The notes beneath the pieces are model-generated. The model was not told the origin of the DNA. It searched no databases and worked only from the letters and a program-made list of their open reading frames with translations. A stretch of 62,934 nt of DNA, the filler included, from Octopus bimaculoides (Eukaryota): NCBI RefSeq assembly GCF_001194135.2. It is 5 parts of 5 records of this genome, joined end to end, with 100 filler letters (N's around TTAATTAATTAA, not from the genome) between each part and the next. Parts side by side here need not be neighbours in the genome. Positions count along the whole stretch, not along the records: positions 10,898 to 31,574 come from NC_068991.1; positions 31,675 to 49,330 come from NC_068981.1; 3 more parts are not named here. One strand, 5' to 3'. Shown here one piece after another: positions 23,090 to 35,862 of this stretch (position 1 is its first letter; every line of letters starts with the position of its first letter). A program made the position numbers and the translations under genes.

Positions 23090-24432
23090 TTTTCAGCTCC
23101 CTTTTGTATGGTGAGCTGAAATTTTTCAAGCATGAGATCCAATTTTTGAACGAAGTGCAAACTTCTACTACCATAACAAATGCTTCTGCGTGTTACTGAG
23201 AAATTTATAGAGAACTATAAAAATCTTCCTCTAAGCAAACAAGTCTAGACTTGATTTTTAAAAAAGAAATCTACAAGTCCGTCTACGAATGCTTGTGAAT
23301 CGGCGATCGCGTCTACTAGTGATTGTGTGTGCGAGTCTAGTGCGAGCGAAAGTGATTCAGAAAACGATTATAGCATTTTTTAAATCATAAATGATCTTTA
23401 AATTCTTTTTACTTTGCATAAAATATTCTTTACATTCTACTGTTGTTTTAGTGTTATGTATTGGGTCATTCCCAAAATAATGTCGGTTTTTCAATTTCAT
23501 TGTGCAGTCCGATTTTAACAGTTATTTTTTCAAAGCTATAATGGAAGCGACAAAGGAGAATATTCAGCACATTTTGCTTTATGAGTTCAATAAAGGCAAC
23601 AACGCATCGGAAAGTGCAAGGAATGCAGTAAATGGGGATCAGACAATAAGCGTAAGCCAGTGTCAGCGGTGGTTCCAGAAATTTCGAGCCGGAAACTACA
23701 GCTTAGAAGACAAGCCTCGTCCTGGAAGATCTGTAAAGCTCGACGAGGACGTACTGAAAACCCTGGTGGAACAAAATCTCATCGCAACTGTTGAGGAACT
23801 AGCAGAGAGGCTTGGATTTGGTCATTCAATCATTCATTGACACCTGCATGCCATCGGAGAACGACCATCTATGGTTTCAAGACGAAAGGTATTCTTCCAA
23901 CAGTATAATGCTCGGCCACATACAGCGAGCATGACATTCCAAAGGTTGGAGCAGTTTGAATGGGAAATAATGCCCTACCTATCATATTCGCCGGACATTG
24001 CCCCATCTGATTATCATTTATTCCTCAGACTTCAAAATCATTTAGACGGAAAAAATATGAATTCTGTAGACGAGGTCAGAACAGTACTGGAGGAGTATTT
24101 TTCGTCATGGACAAGTGAATTTTGGAAGAGGGGCCTTGAAAATCTACCAGATAGATGAGAGAGCATTGTAGAAAATGAAAGAGAGTATATTTTATATTAA
24201 AAGAGAACTTTGTTTATTTTAATTTTGAAAATAAAAGTAGTACAAATCGCATTACTTATGGGATGACCCAATATTTACGAGTATCATAAATTTTATAGGC
24301 AATATATTCTTCTGGCAACGAATTACGATTTATAACATTGCTACTATGGGAAAATTATTGCTCTGCTTTACGCGTTTTTGCTTTACGAGCAATCTCCGGG
24401 AACAAATTCACACGTATATCGAGGTATTACTG
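23090..24432 (+). mobile_element. Tigger/pogo-like 3' remnant interrupted by a mariner
   Basis: KQTSLD..FK-type C-terminal motif and acidic tail at about 23230-23380. Right TIR ..CGAGGTATTACTG ends at 24432 and is followed by TA. Confidence 0.55.
23461..24271 (+). mobile_element. internally deleted mariner (811 bp)
   Basis: TIRs TTGGGTCATTCCC.. and ..GGGATGACCCAA, TA on both sides. Encodes the HTH (QRWFQKFRAG, PRPGRS), then jumps to YNARPH and YSPDIAPSDY, so the middle of the DDD domain is missing. Confidence 0.92.
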
Positions 24433-24451
24433 TATATGTATGTAGCTATAT

Positions 24452-24533
<82 letters not shown>

Positions 24534-24581
24534 CACACACAAACACACACACAAACACACACACATATATATATACACATA

Positions 24582-25070
24582 CAGGGTTCGATGCGTAAAC
24601 TGTCGACATTTTATATTCTTAATTTCGTGCATGCGCATTGTTTGCTTTTGGTTTTGTCGACTACACAGTATAGTAGGGTCAGTTGGGAACTGTCTGTGAG
24701 AAAATCAGCACCATGACGCAATTCGCTCTGCCTGAAATTTCGAAACGATATGCTGTATTGATTGACATTCGCGCCGGAATCTCCAATACAAACATTTCAG
24801 AGTGTTTGGGTGTCAATTTGAGGACAGTGCAATGATTGATACCCAAACATTCTGAAATGACCGTATTGGAGCTTCCAGCTTGAATGTCAAGCAGCACAGC
24901 ATGTCGTTTCGAAATATCGGGCAGAGTGAATAGCGTCGTGATGCTGTTTTTTTCACAGATGGTACCCAACTGACCCTAATGTACTGTGTAGTAGACAAAA
25001 TAAAAAGCAACCAATGCGCATGAGTGAAATTAAAACTATAAAATGGCGAAAATTTACCCATCGCACCCTG
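24582..25070. mobile_element. fold-back element made of two inverted 236-bp 5' ends of a maT-like transposon
   Basis: TA|CAGGGT...ACCCTG|TA. Arms 24582-24817 and 24835-25070, 17-nt loop. The centre matches the start of the transposase relic at 37930-37980. Confidence 0.85.
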
Positions 25071-25276
25071 TATATATACATATATAACCTTAAATTAAGA
25101 AGAAAATGGAGAAATTCTTGATCAACAACATATTGACTACCATCGATTATTAGTTTTTATATATATTTTATATATATACATACATACTTATAAATTGAGG
25201 ATATAATCATGTAGTAAGCGTATAAAAAATGATCATATCGGTAAAATTATTGTTTAACTATATAATTATAAAAATA

Positions 25277-25943
25277 TTATAATTAAGGGCGCTGCAACGC
25301 CAGTGTCTATACGCTAGAAGTAGATGTCAAATACCTACAATCCAATTTAAACCTGTTCTCTATTTATAACCCCAGGTCGAATGCGAGGTAATGAGCAAGA
25401 TTTACAAAACTTCAGATAATCTTATATTTTAAGATTACTTGCAAACCTCAGTAGAAATACAACGACGAATATATTAGCGAAAAATTATATACATACCGAT
25501 AAATCTATTTGTACAGATATCATTATATGCATGTTTTCCACGTATAGATTCCATCGACCAGCCCATCTCGACCATGTGGTAAATGTTAGAAATCATTCGG
25601 GGTAAATATAGTACCGCAGCATAATATAATGACTAAAGAACTCAAAAATTATCTATATTTATAAAGTGAGGATATAATCATTAAAATGATTATATTTGGA
25701 TGCATATGAATTTTTCGTTTATATATTTGTCGGTGTATTTCTACTGAGGATTGCAAAGTAATCTTTATTACAGAGTATGAAATCTTAAGATATAAGATTA
25801 TCCGAAGTTTTGAAAATCTTCTTGCTCATTAGCTCGCATCCGACCTGGGGTTATAAATAGAGACCAATTTTATAGTGGATTGTAGGTATTTGTCATTTAT
25901 TTCTAACGTATAGGCGCTGGCATTGCACCACCCTTAATTATAA
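25277..25943. repeat. long inverted repeat, arms ~210 and ~235 bp, spacer ~220 bp
   Basis: 25277-25486 aligns to the reverse complement of 25709-25943, e.g. ATAACCCCAGGTCG and CAAACCTCAGTAGAAATAC. Confidence 0.85.
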
Positions 25944-25991
25944 TTATATTTTCATAATCATATACTTATATATATATATATNNNNNNNNNN

Positions 25992-27029
25992 TTATTGATA
26001 GGTTTACTCAATCGACCCATTTATCGTTTGAGAAAATTGAAAGACCTGGAGAAGAAATGGTACAGGCTGGGGAAGGGAGCGAAGAAAGGTAATATGTATA
26101 AACATAAGGAAAGTGGAAGAGAGATAAAGAGGAAAGGGGAAGAGGAAAAGGATTGATTTATTTGGAAAAGAAGGACCAAAGCGAAGAGAAGGAAAGAAAG
26201 GAAGAGAGAAAGAAATAGAAAAATTAAGGAAAGAATTATAAATTTTCCTAAATTTTTAATTTTTAATTCTTTAATTTTAATTTTTAGTCCTTTATTCTTT
26301 AACGCTTTAACTTTTTAAATTCTTTTAATTTAACATAATTTGAAATTATATTTGGCCTTCAATTCTATTCGGTTTTTAAAGTAACTCTATTTGATTTCAT
26401 TTTATTGTTATTTTTGTCCTCACATTTTACCCTCTATTTCCGTTCAATAACCATTCTTACCAAAGCTTTCTCTACCTTCCCCTCATAATACAGTTACTGC
26501 TGATTTTTCATTCATTGTTTTTCTAAGGCAATTTACTCCCGATGTGAGATAATACGAATGATTAAATATTAAATATTTAAGTTGACCATGAGAGAAAGTG
26601 ACTTACATCAAATTTCAACATATTTGAATAGTATTTGACTTGAAGACAATGCAAATGTCTTTGTGTGTGATGACCCAATTTCAAACACTAATGTTTTTTA
26701 TGACTATCCCTTCCTTAATTTCGGCTATCCTTTGTTTCTTCTATCGCACACCACCCATTCTCTATTCTTTTTATTCCTTCCTCTCTTCCTTTCTTTCCTT
26801 CTCTTCGCTTTAATTATTCTCTAAATAATCAATCCTCTTCTCCTTTCCTCTTTATCTTTATTTCACTTTATACTTAGTACTCATTGTCTCTCTGCTCTCA
26901 CCCTGTACAATTCTTTTGGTGGTCTACTTGCTTATAACCAGAAATGACTGACGAAAATTGTATTAATTCTCTAGGTCATTCAATTTTTCTCAACCGATCA
27001 ATGGGACGATTCTGTAAACTTATCAATAA
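25992..27029. repeat. long inverted repeat, arms ~230-270 bp with a GA-rich part, spacer ~540 bp
   Basis: TTATTGATAGGTTTAC.. versus ..GTAAACTTATCAATAA. AAAGCGAAGAGAAGGAAAGAAAGGAAGAGAG occurs on both arms in inverse orientation. Confidence 0.8.
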
Positions 27030-27280
27030 CAAACCTATAATTACTACTGGAAACAGATGTAAGCAATAAAGAAATATGCAATAGCCGTTATTTATGTCTT
27101 GCCTTGTATATCACTCAGCGTAAAAGCCAGTATAACTGGAAAACAACGATGGATATACAATAGAGAATGGTGATGAACCATAACATCAGACCTTGCCACA
27201 AGAGTATTCGGAGTATATATAAATAATATATATGTATATACATACATACATACATACATGCATACATACATACATACATA

Positions 27281-27360
<80 letters not shown>

Positions 27361-28515
27361 TATATATAAATATATATATATGGACATAATTAAGATTCAG
27401 TCCGGTATGGTCCGCACAGTTCGAAGTTAGGTGAATAAAAACAAATGAGTAAGAAGGATGTCCAGTTATCAGTGCAAGCGGCTCCATTTAATCGATCAAT
27501 TTGAAATAAACCGCTCTCCTCGCATGCAGATGACGATATACATTTCGAACATACAGGATGCACCATTATAATTTTTTAGCAAATTTCTCATCAGTACTAG
27601 AGACTAAAATGATTACATTGCTTCTCTTGCTATTTCTGTGACAGAATGAATTTAGGGGAAAAAATACATAAAGTCTACTATAATCTAGTAGCAGAAGAAA
27701 ATAATAGGGGTCAAGAAAGAGGAATGGTGATATAGCTACATTCATCTTTATTCTTATCACAAAGACTCAATGCCACATGTAGTCTGCAACCCCTTAGAAT
27801 TAAATCCATTGGAAATTGAGTTATGTTCTTGTTGGTGGTGATAGATTAATTAATGTCACATACTCTCCCCTACCCCTATTTTACCGGGACCATAAACCCA
27901 GCCAGTTCTACATAAAAGAATGTCTTAGAAGTTGCTAGTAAGATAATGATAGAGAATAGGTGATAACCAGAGAGAGGAAGGGTAGGGGATGACTTACCAT
28001 ATTATGATTATCAAATAAAAGGGGCCTAAAATGGAAAACAAAACAGGTCATAATGAGATCTAAGTGTGAGAATTAAAAGTATGGGAAAAGATGTGTATCC
28101 AAACTTGGTAAAATTTATATATTAAAATATTAAACATTTAGAAAAGGATTTAAGAACCAAGTAAGAGAATAAGGGTATATTAATCAACCTAAGCCATAAA
28201 AATGGGGTACTTTTATGTATAGGAGAAACTCTTAATGCTTCTTCCTAGCATAATGCTAAGGTGGTCAGGTTAAAACTATTCATCAATAAACCTATAATTA
28301 TATTCAGATATCATCTGAGTAGGGGTACACATTTTCTATTGAATCAAAGCCAAAGATTAAAGGCTAAAAAAATAAAAAAATAGGATAAATTCTTCAATAT
28401 CAGGCAAACTTATTTAAAACCCTTGGAAAAATATATTTATATAAAAATTACTAACATTATGAAAAATCTGAAAGGATATAATAAGGTATAGAAAATACCA
28501 CATATATATACATAA

Positions 28516-28548
<33 letters not shown>

Positions 28549-30528
28549 ATAGTGCAATTATAAAATATAAATATAGATACCTTATTGTATTATATTATAC
28601 CATGACTATTATGGAGAAAAGTTACAAACCCCCTCACAAACCATAGAAATTATACCAGTATATATGAAGGTATATAGATATGCAATAATATAATACAAGA
28701 TAAAAGGATAAATAAAATAAAGTAAAACTGAATAAAACGTAAAAGAAATATGCATAAAATTCCAATAAAGAATTTATAAAATGAAAAAAATAAAAATAAA
28801 TATAAAAATTTTAGATTGTGAATGCCATAAAATGTATACTGGATATAAAAAGAAATAAAAGATAAAAATTAAAGATAAGTCAAGGTATTCATAACAAAAG
28901 CTAATTAAAAAAATAGAATAAGATAAAGATTCTATTGGAAATGGTTTTATAAAATATTTGTAATATATATTATTAAAGGCACAAATATGTATAGAATCAT
29001 AACTGTTCATAGGGGGTGTATAATATACTTAATGGAGGTGCAAGATCTGGTAATCCATATCCACGAAATACGTCTCTGAAGATCTGACAATGCAATTCTA
29101 TCATATAATTATATTGCATAATTAATATTAATTCTTTGTTAACGAAACTTACATAAGGTAGTGTAATTAACTATTTATTAAGTATTTCTCCTGTTTTGTT
29201 TTCTAAATGTATATCTGGGTATTGTGTGTATGTATGTATTTTTGTATGTACACACGTACATATATAAATATATATATTATATTAATATATGCACGTATAC
29301 GTATGCATGCACAAACACACATTCGTACGCACTATCTCTTTTCTCTCTCTCTCTCTCTCTCGCACACACGCACACATACACACACTCACACACACATATA
29401 TATGTATATAAAATATGATGATTAAATACTAGGTAAGGGTGTACACTAATTGCTGCTTTTGTTTTGTTAGAAAGTATTAGCAGAAAACAATCAAACCTGC
29501 GATTAGTTGTTCAGTTAGCAAAAGTATTTACTTATTGAAATATATTTGAAGAATATTCCTGATGTAATTTGATCGCAAAAACAATATTGATCAAGTAGAA
29601 TAACTAGAGATGACGAATGGTGAAAAATGTATCAAGGAAGGAATTACTACATAACGTACACAGTTCTCTTTCTCCAAGTGTGATGGAAATGTTAATTAGG
29701 TGAAAAGCATTACTATATGCTCACATGAGTTTCTTTCTTACCTAGTTCGTTTTATTTTTAATTATCCAAATCATTTCTCGCCAACAATTTCTTAACCCAT
29801 TATTAATATATAGCAAATAAGTGGATTGATGAGACGCTTTGGTGTTTGACTCTGCGTTAGTGATGATGTTCAATAAGATATAACCTTGGTCGTAGTTATT
29901 AGCTTGAACACAAAAGTCAGATCTTTACCTAAGACTGTATATAAAACTTGTGAAATAAATTCTTAATTTATAGAAATTATTCCCAATTTTTTTGAAGTCG
30001 CTAACAATTACCCTTTGATTTTTGTTTTCTTTCATGGACCAACAGGGAAAATTCAAGAAATTAAGAAGTCAAATAAACGCATAAGGACTGTATGATCTAC
30101 TTTGTTCCATCAAACTTGAATCTACTTCATTTAGGAAAGAAATAATTGACATTCAACGATCAATGAAGTAAATTTGCAATAATACATTGACATTTAGCCC
30201 GAAAGCCATTACTGATTTATGGAGGATGACCGTGAGCGAGCCTGGTTTGAGTAAACTGCTACTCAAACTCGTACGGAGGAGTACATGGATAACACATGAT
30301 TGAAACATGCTGGGATTAAATATCTCCTTATAAACAGTACAGCTGAAAGTCGGTCGCAGATATAGTTCATTGTAGCTATCATGTAAATTTTCATAGGGGA
30401 AATGTGATTGTTAATTCCAACCTGTACATAGATTTAGAGTAAGTTTATTTCTCCCTCTCTCCTACGTAAACAGTCTGAAACACACACACACACATACACA
30501 CACACACACACACACACATACACACACA

Positions 30529-30566
<38 letters not shown>

Positions 30567-30864
30567 GATAACTGCTAATGAAATGTGTTTACGTTCTCTG
30601 CAATTCTCTTTGCTAAAATCTTTTTTTCTCTTTGACCTATTATAATGAAAAAATAGGTTTTCAATAAATCTGTGACTGCCTTGTTCTGATGAGACTCAAG
30701 TGGTAGTAGTAGTAGGAGGAGGTATGCGCTGTAACAGCACATCACTACATTCACTATTTGTAGGTGAATCTCTATTCAAGGCTGAAAGACCTCTGCACCA
30801 CTAAGGCGACAACTCTCTAACTCATGGTTCTGCTTTGGATAGTCGCTGTTGGTGAAAGTTTTAC

Positions 30865-31090
30865 GAAGTCGGGATGCAAATCCTACCTCAGTCTCCTTTA
30901 GTCGCCTTTTACGACACGCAGAGGCAAAACGTTTGGTTTATTCTTTGACATGCCGGTCCCCAAGCAGCACTGGAACAACACGAAATAGTGTTTTGCTGGA
31001 GAAAACCACACGTCGTTCGACCCAAGAATCGAACCTACAATGTGACGATCGTTAGTGTGACACTCTAGCCACTAGGTCACACACCTTCAC
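30865..31090 (-). mobile_element. tRNA-derived SINE, family C-like
   Basis: Reverse complement has a tRNA-like head GTGAAGGTGTGTGACCTAGTGGCTAGAGTG..GGTTCGATTC. Confidence 0.7.
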
Positions 31091-32784
31091 TAGGTATTCG
31101 AAATAAATATATACGTATATTAAGGATTTTATAGTTGAATACGTATATTGAGAAATCTGTACGTGAAGCGAAAACAAATTTAAGAACATGATTCTCTTCC
31201 TTGCAGTGATGAAGAACCGATCAATGAAAAAGAGCTTGCAGTTATACATACATACATGCATACATACATACATACATACATACACACATACATACGTACG
31301 TACGTACATACATACATACATACATACATGCATACAACCACATACATCTGTTTACGTAGATATATGTAAGGGACACACAAATATATATAGCTATGTATGT
31401 TTATCTATGTATATGTACATACTGTATACATGTATGTATATGAAAGTGCGTACGTACGTATGCATGCATATGTATGTATATATATGTACGTATATGTGCA
31501 TGCATGTATACGTATATATATATATATATATACATATACACACATATTCATATATATATATATATATATATATANNNNNNNNNNNNNNNNNNNNNNNNNN
31601 NNNNNNNNNNNNNNNNNNTTAATTAATTAANNNNNNNNNNNNNNNNNNNNNNNNNNNNNNNNNNNNNNNNNNNNTATATATATATATATATATTTGAAGA
31701 AAAGTAACAAAAACTCAATAGGTTATAGCAGTACGTACGTTTCGTACAAACTTCATTTATTTATGTAGTGAGAACACCACATGAGATGTGCAATGAAAAT
31801 GTACTCCTCAGCTGCATAATGGAAGTTCAATTTTAGAAAGTCATTTTGTAGATGTGTGCAAAAACAAGAGTAGGAGAAGAAGAAAATACCATCTTGACTG
31901 AACTATAATAACCGACTAAGGGATAAAATATCTATCCGTATGTACTATCGGTATCTGTTGTCCGTCTTATCACCAAGTATTGGTCCGCAGGCACATTATG
32001 CACGTAAAGTGTAGGTAACAAAAGGATAAACAAGAGTTCTTCAGGAAACAAATAGAAATAATAAGAAATCGGAAAAAACCTCAGATTAACAAACACAACG
32101 TTTTGACAACATTTATAGCTTATTTTTTTAATATGCAAAGCATGACATAACAAATAGGTGACGTAAGAAATCTTACGGCCGTTTCCGCATCCGTTGCCAA
32201 CGCTATCTATAAATAATTGCGAAAATAAAATTCTTCATCTTCATAGGACATTCGAATTAAGGCACGGAGCTTCATCAGAGTAAAAAACAAGAGCATCCAA
32301 TATAAACAAAGGGAAGAAAGAATAGGAAAGAAAACATGGCCTAGAAAAGAAGACCAATACATTAAAAGCATATAATATACCATCTTGGGGCTACGAGGTC
32401 CGTAGGTAAAAGAGTGAACTAGTAATAGTCTAGAAAGTACTAAAATTTATTTATGGGTAGTTTCAATTTAAGAGTGGGGACCAAGATTTGTTGCATCACC
32501 TATTTGTGATGTCATGATTTGTATAAAAAAAATAAGCTATAAATGTGCTCTTGTGGTAAGCTATAAATAAGCTATAAATGTGCGTGGCTCTGTGATAAGT
32601 AGTTTGCTTCCCAACTGCATAGTTTCACATTTTGGTACAAAGCTAGTAATACTGGGGGAAGGGCTGAGTCGATTACATCCATCTAAGTGCTCGACTGGTA
32701 CTTATTTTATGGAGCATTTTGTCTGGCGCGATTAACGATTTTACCAGCTCTTCGTCTTAAAATACATTGATGTTAAGAGTTAAA

Positions 32785-32990
32785 AAGGCGGTGAGCTTGT
32801 AAAATTGTTATCACGCCGGACAAAATGCTTAGCGGCATTCTTTAATCTTTGCGTTCTGTGTTCAAATACTGCCGAGATGACTTTGTCGTTCATCCTTTCT
32901 GGGTCGTTAAAATAAGTTCCAATTGTACACTGTAATCGGTGTATTCGATTAGCTCCTTCACCCCTAAATTTCAGGCCTTGTGACTTTCGT
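32785..32990 (+). mobile_element. SINE family B
   Basis: AAGGCGGTGAGC..GTTCAAAT..CATCCTTTCTGGGTCG. Confidence 0.8.
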
Positions 32991-33669
32991 ACGAAGAAAT
33001 AAGAGTTTAAGTGAACTGGATAAACCAATTTACTCACAGTAGGTAGCTTGATTGAACATAAAATTACTGGTGTGATAACAATGTTTCGTTTCATTGCTAT
33101 AATATACAATACAAAATACCAATAGGATTATTAACTAACTTCGAGTGCTACAAAGATTATAAAAATTACAAACACTGCATTTAAACAAAATATTTGAGGA
33201 CAGAAAAATTCAACAAAGACAAAATGTTAACTAAAAATAGCAGAGCCGTCAATTATATGTCTTTGCAGTACGTTGTTTGTATTGTTTTAACATACTGAGT
33301 TCATATCCCGCGGAGGTCTGCCCTACTTTTCATTCCTACAATCTTATTAAACCAAGTACTAATGATACATTCAAGTCAATTAAACCAGGCATAATCAATT
33401 TTGTTCTCTAATTAATACAAGATCTGGTGACTTTCAGCCTCTGTAATGTTGGTTAATGTTCTCAATTTCAAGAGGCTACAAAGAAATGCAGATTTTAAGT
33501 AGAAACTAAGGTTATTAACCTTCTTGGAAGAGGTTAAATCTCACAGTCTGTGTTATCCCTCCATGGGCTAAAAGAAGAATGTTGTTGTTTAACCCAGGGT
33601 CAAACTTGGTCAAAGGCATCACAACGGTAATCCTCTCGCATTTTTTCTAAGAATAGTATATACTGAGTG

Positions 33670-33915
33670 GAGGTGCATGGCTTAGTGTTTAGGGTGTTGA
33701 ACTCATGATCGTAAGATTTCGGTTTCGATTCCTGAATCGCGCGACGCGTTGCGTTCTTGAGCAAAACATTTCATTTCATGTTGCTCCAGTTCACTCAGCT
33801 AGTAAATATGAGTAATCCTGCGATGGACCGGCATCTTGTCCAGATGGAGAAAAGATATACGCTATGGAAACCGGGAAACCGACCCTATGAGTCTGTATGA
33901 CTCGGGACGGAGTTT
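33670..33915 (+). mobile_element. SINE family C (tRNA head plus CORE-like body)
   Basis: A-box-like TGGCTTAGTG, B-box-like TTTCGATTCC, body GTTCTTGAGCAAAAC..TTGCTCCAGTTCACTCAGCT. Homologous to 56355-56600. Confidence 0.8.
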
Positions 33916-33981
33916 TACTCTTTTGTTTTTTAGTATATCCAGAACGATATCATCCAATATATGCATCCATATTTTAAGATA

Positions 33982-34190
33982 AAGGCGGTGAGCTAGCAGA
34001 ATCGTTAGCACGCCGGGCAAAATGCTAAGCGGCATTTCGTCCGTTTTCATGTTCTGAGTTCAAATTCTGCGGAGGTCGACTTTGCTTTTCATCCTTTCCG
34101 GATCGATAAAATAAGTACCAATTGAATAATTGAGCGGATGTGACCGACTTACCCCTCCTCTAAAACAGCTGTTCCAAAATTTGAAATTGA
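33982..34190 (+). mobile_element. SINE family B
   Basis: Full head and core visible. Confidence 0.85.
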
Positions 34191-34629
34191 TATATGCATT
34201 CGTGTTGCAGGAAAATGCTTAGCGGCATTTTTTCGACTCTTTACATCTGGTAATACATAAAATATATTACCAGTCACCTCCCCGCAAAATTACTGACCTT
34301 GAACCTTGCAACGGACCACTGTCCCCTTCAAGGGAATATTGTGATCGCAGTCATTAATATGCCTTGAAAACCGGGTATCTGACTCCTTGATTCCTTGGGC
34401 ACAAGAAAAAAATTAAGATAGCAAGGTGGTGTGATTTTAGGGAAATTTGGCTCTTATTTCTCGTCGGTTGACCGACTACGTACAGACTCTCTGTTTATTT
34501 TATAGCTGCCAACTGATATTCACCAAACTTTTAAATCTCTTTTTATGGATTTATTTCTTCTCTTTTCATTTGAAGTTAATGCATTTCTACAACGCATTGC
34601 ACAGCTCATCATCTCCCGTATCTTTCATT

Positions 34630-34925
34630 TGATTCAGTTATTGGACGGCAGCCATACTGAAACACCGGCTTGAAGGGTTTAATGAAACAAATTAACCCCG
34701 GTATTTATTTAAAGTCTGGTATATATTCTATTAGAGTCTTTTGCTGAATCGCTAATTTACGTGGATGCATATAAACCAACACCTGTTGGCAAACGTTGTA
34801 GCGGGGGTGGTGAACACAAGCACAAAGATACATGCACATACATATGGAAACCTACACAGTTTCCTTCGACCAACTTCATTCACACAGCATTCGCCGACCC
34901 AGGGCAATAGCAGAAGTCACTTTTG
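34630..34925 (-). mobile_element. SINE family A, diverged
   Basis: Both arms and the internal CA/TA tract are recognisable on the reverse strand. Confidence 0.6.
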
Positions 34926-35770
34926 AAGGGGGTCTAACATCTATTTCTAACCAGCAGTAGCACTTGATTCAAAATCAAAAAAGAATCTCCTCTCAGCAAT
35001 GCATTTAATAATACTCCACAGTTTCCGTTATGTTGCTGGATGAAAATAAATGAGAACAAACGTTTCTACGAGTCACGTAGGGCTTATAAAGTGGTAAATA
35101 CACAAGAGACTAATCTATCCTCCATACACTTTTAGTAACATCACCAGAAGACCTAATACGTATTCCCGACTGATTTGTAACCAGAAGCACAGAGAATTGT
35201 GTGTTCCGCCTACAGACATAACCAACAACAACAACAACACACCTGTTGTTGATTTTGAACTCGAACCCCTAGCTTAACAAGTCGATCACTTCCTCTCTAG
35301 GTTTCTACATGGATTCACAATTTGTCAACGTAATCAATTAAAAAAACAATTCCAAAGAGTAAAAAACTAATTCAGAAGCAATTAGTCAAGGATTTTTTCA
35401 TATTTATATAATATTTTAATAGCTAATATAAATTAACCTTATAAGGTTTATTGCTATTAAAATGTGCTTATGTCATTAAATGTCTAATGTATAAAACTAT
35501 AGAATTTAATTACATGTATTCGTAGCTGCGAATATGTTAGAAAAGCCTCCTAGTTCATATAAAAAAGGAGGGGGAGAAAAAACCAAATAACTTCTCAGAT
35601 AGGGCTGTGTGATTTAAGAAGCTCGCCCACTTCACAGCTATGAGGTTCCGGGTTCAGTCCCACCGGGCAACACTTGAGCAGGTATCTAATATAGTATTTC
35701 CCAAAAGCCGACTAATGCTTTCTAAGTGTGAATTCCGTAGACGAAAACTGTGCGGTAGCTCATCATATAT

Positions 35771-35812
<42 letters not shown>

Positions 35813-35825
35813 CCATATATATATA

Positions 35826-35862
<37 letters not shown>

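Noticed and set aside
27560-28480. AT-rich stretch resembling a NUMT or a GIY-YIG domain (GIL..CIGET at about 28170-28230)
   Set aside because: I could not read a mitochondrial gene, and the motif is too degenerate. At most a decayed Penelope-like relic.
29035-29095. CGAAATACGTC next to CTGAAGA as a hammerhead
   Set aside because: The motifs are in the wrong order and there are no convincing stems.
32176-32205. 30-nt minus-strand micro-exon (IALATDAETA)
   Set aside because: Weak acceptor, and the donor is part of a local palindrome. Expected by chance in AT-rich DNA.
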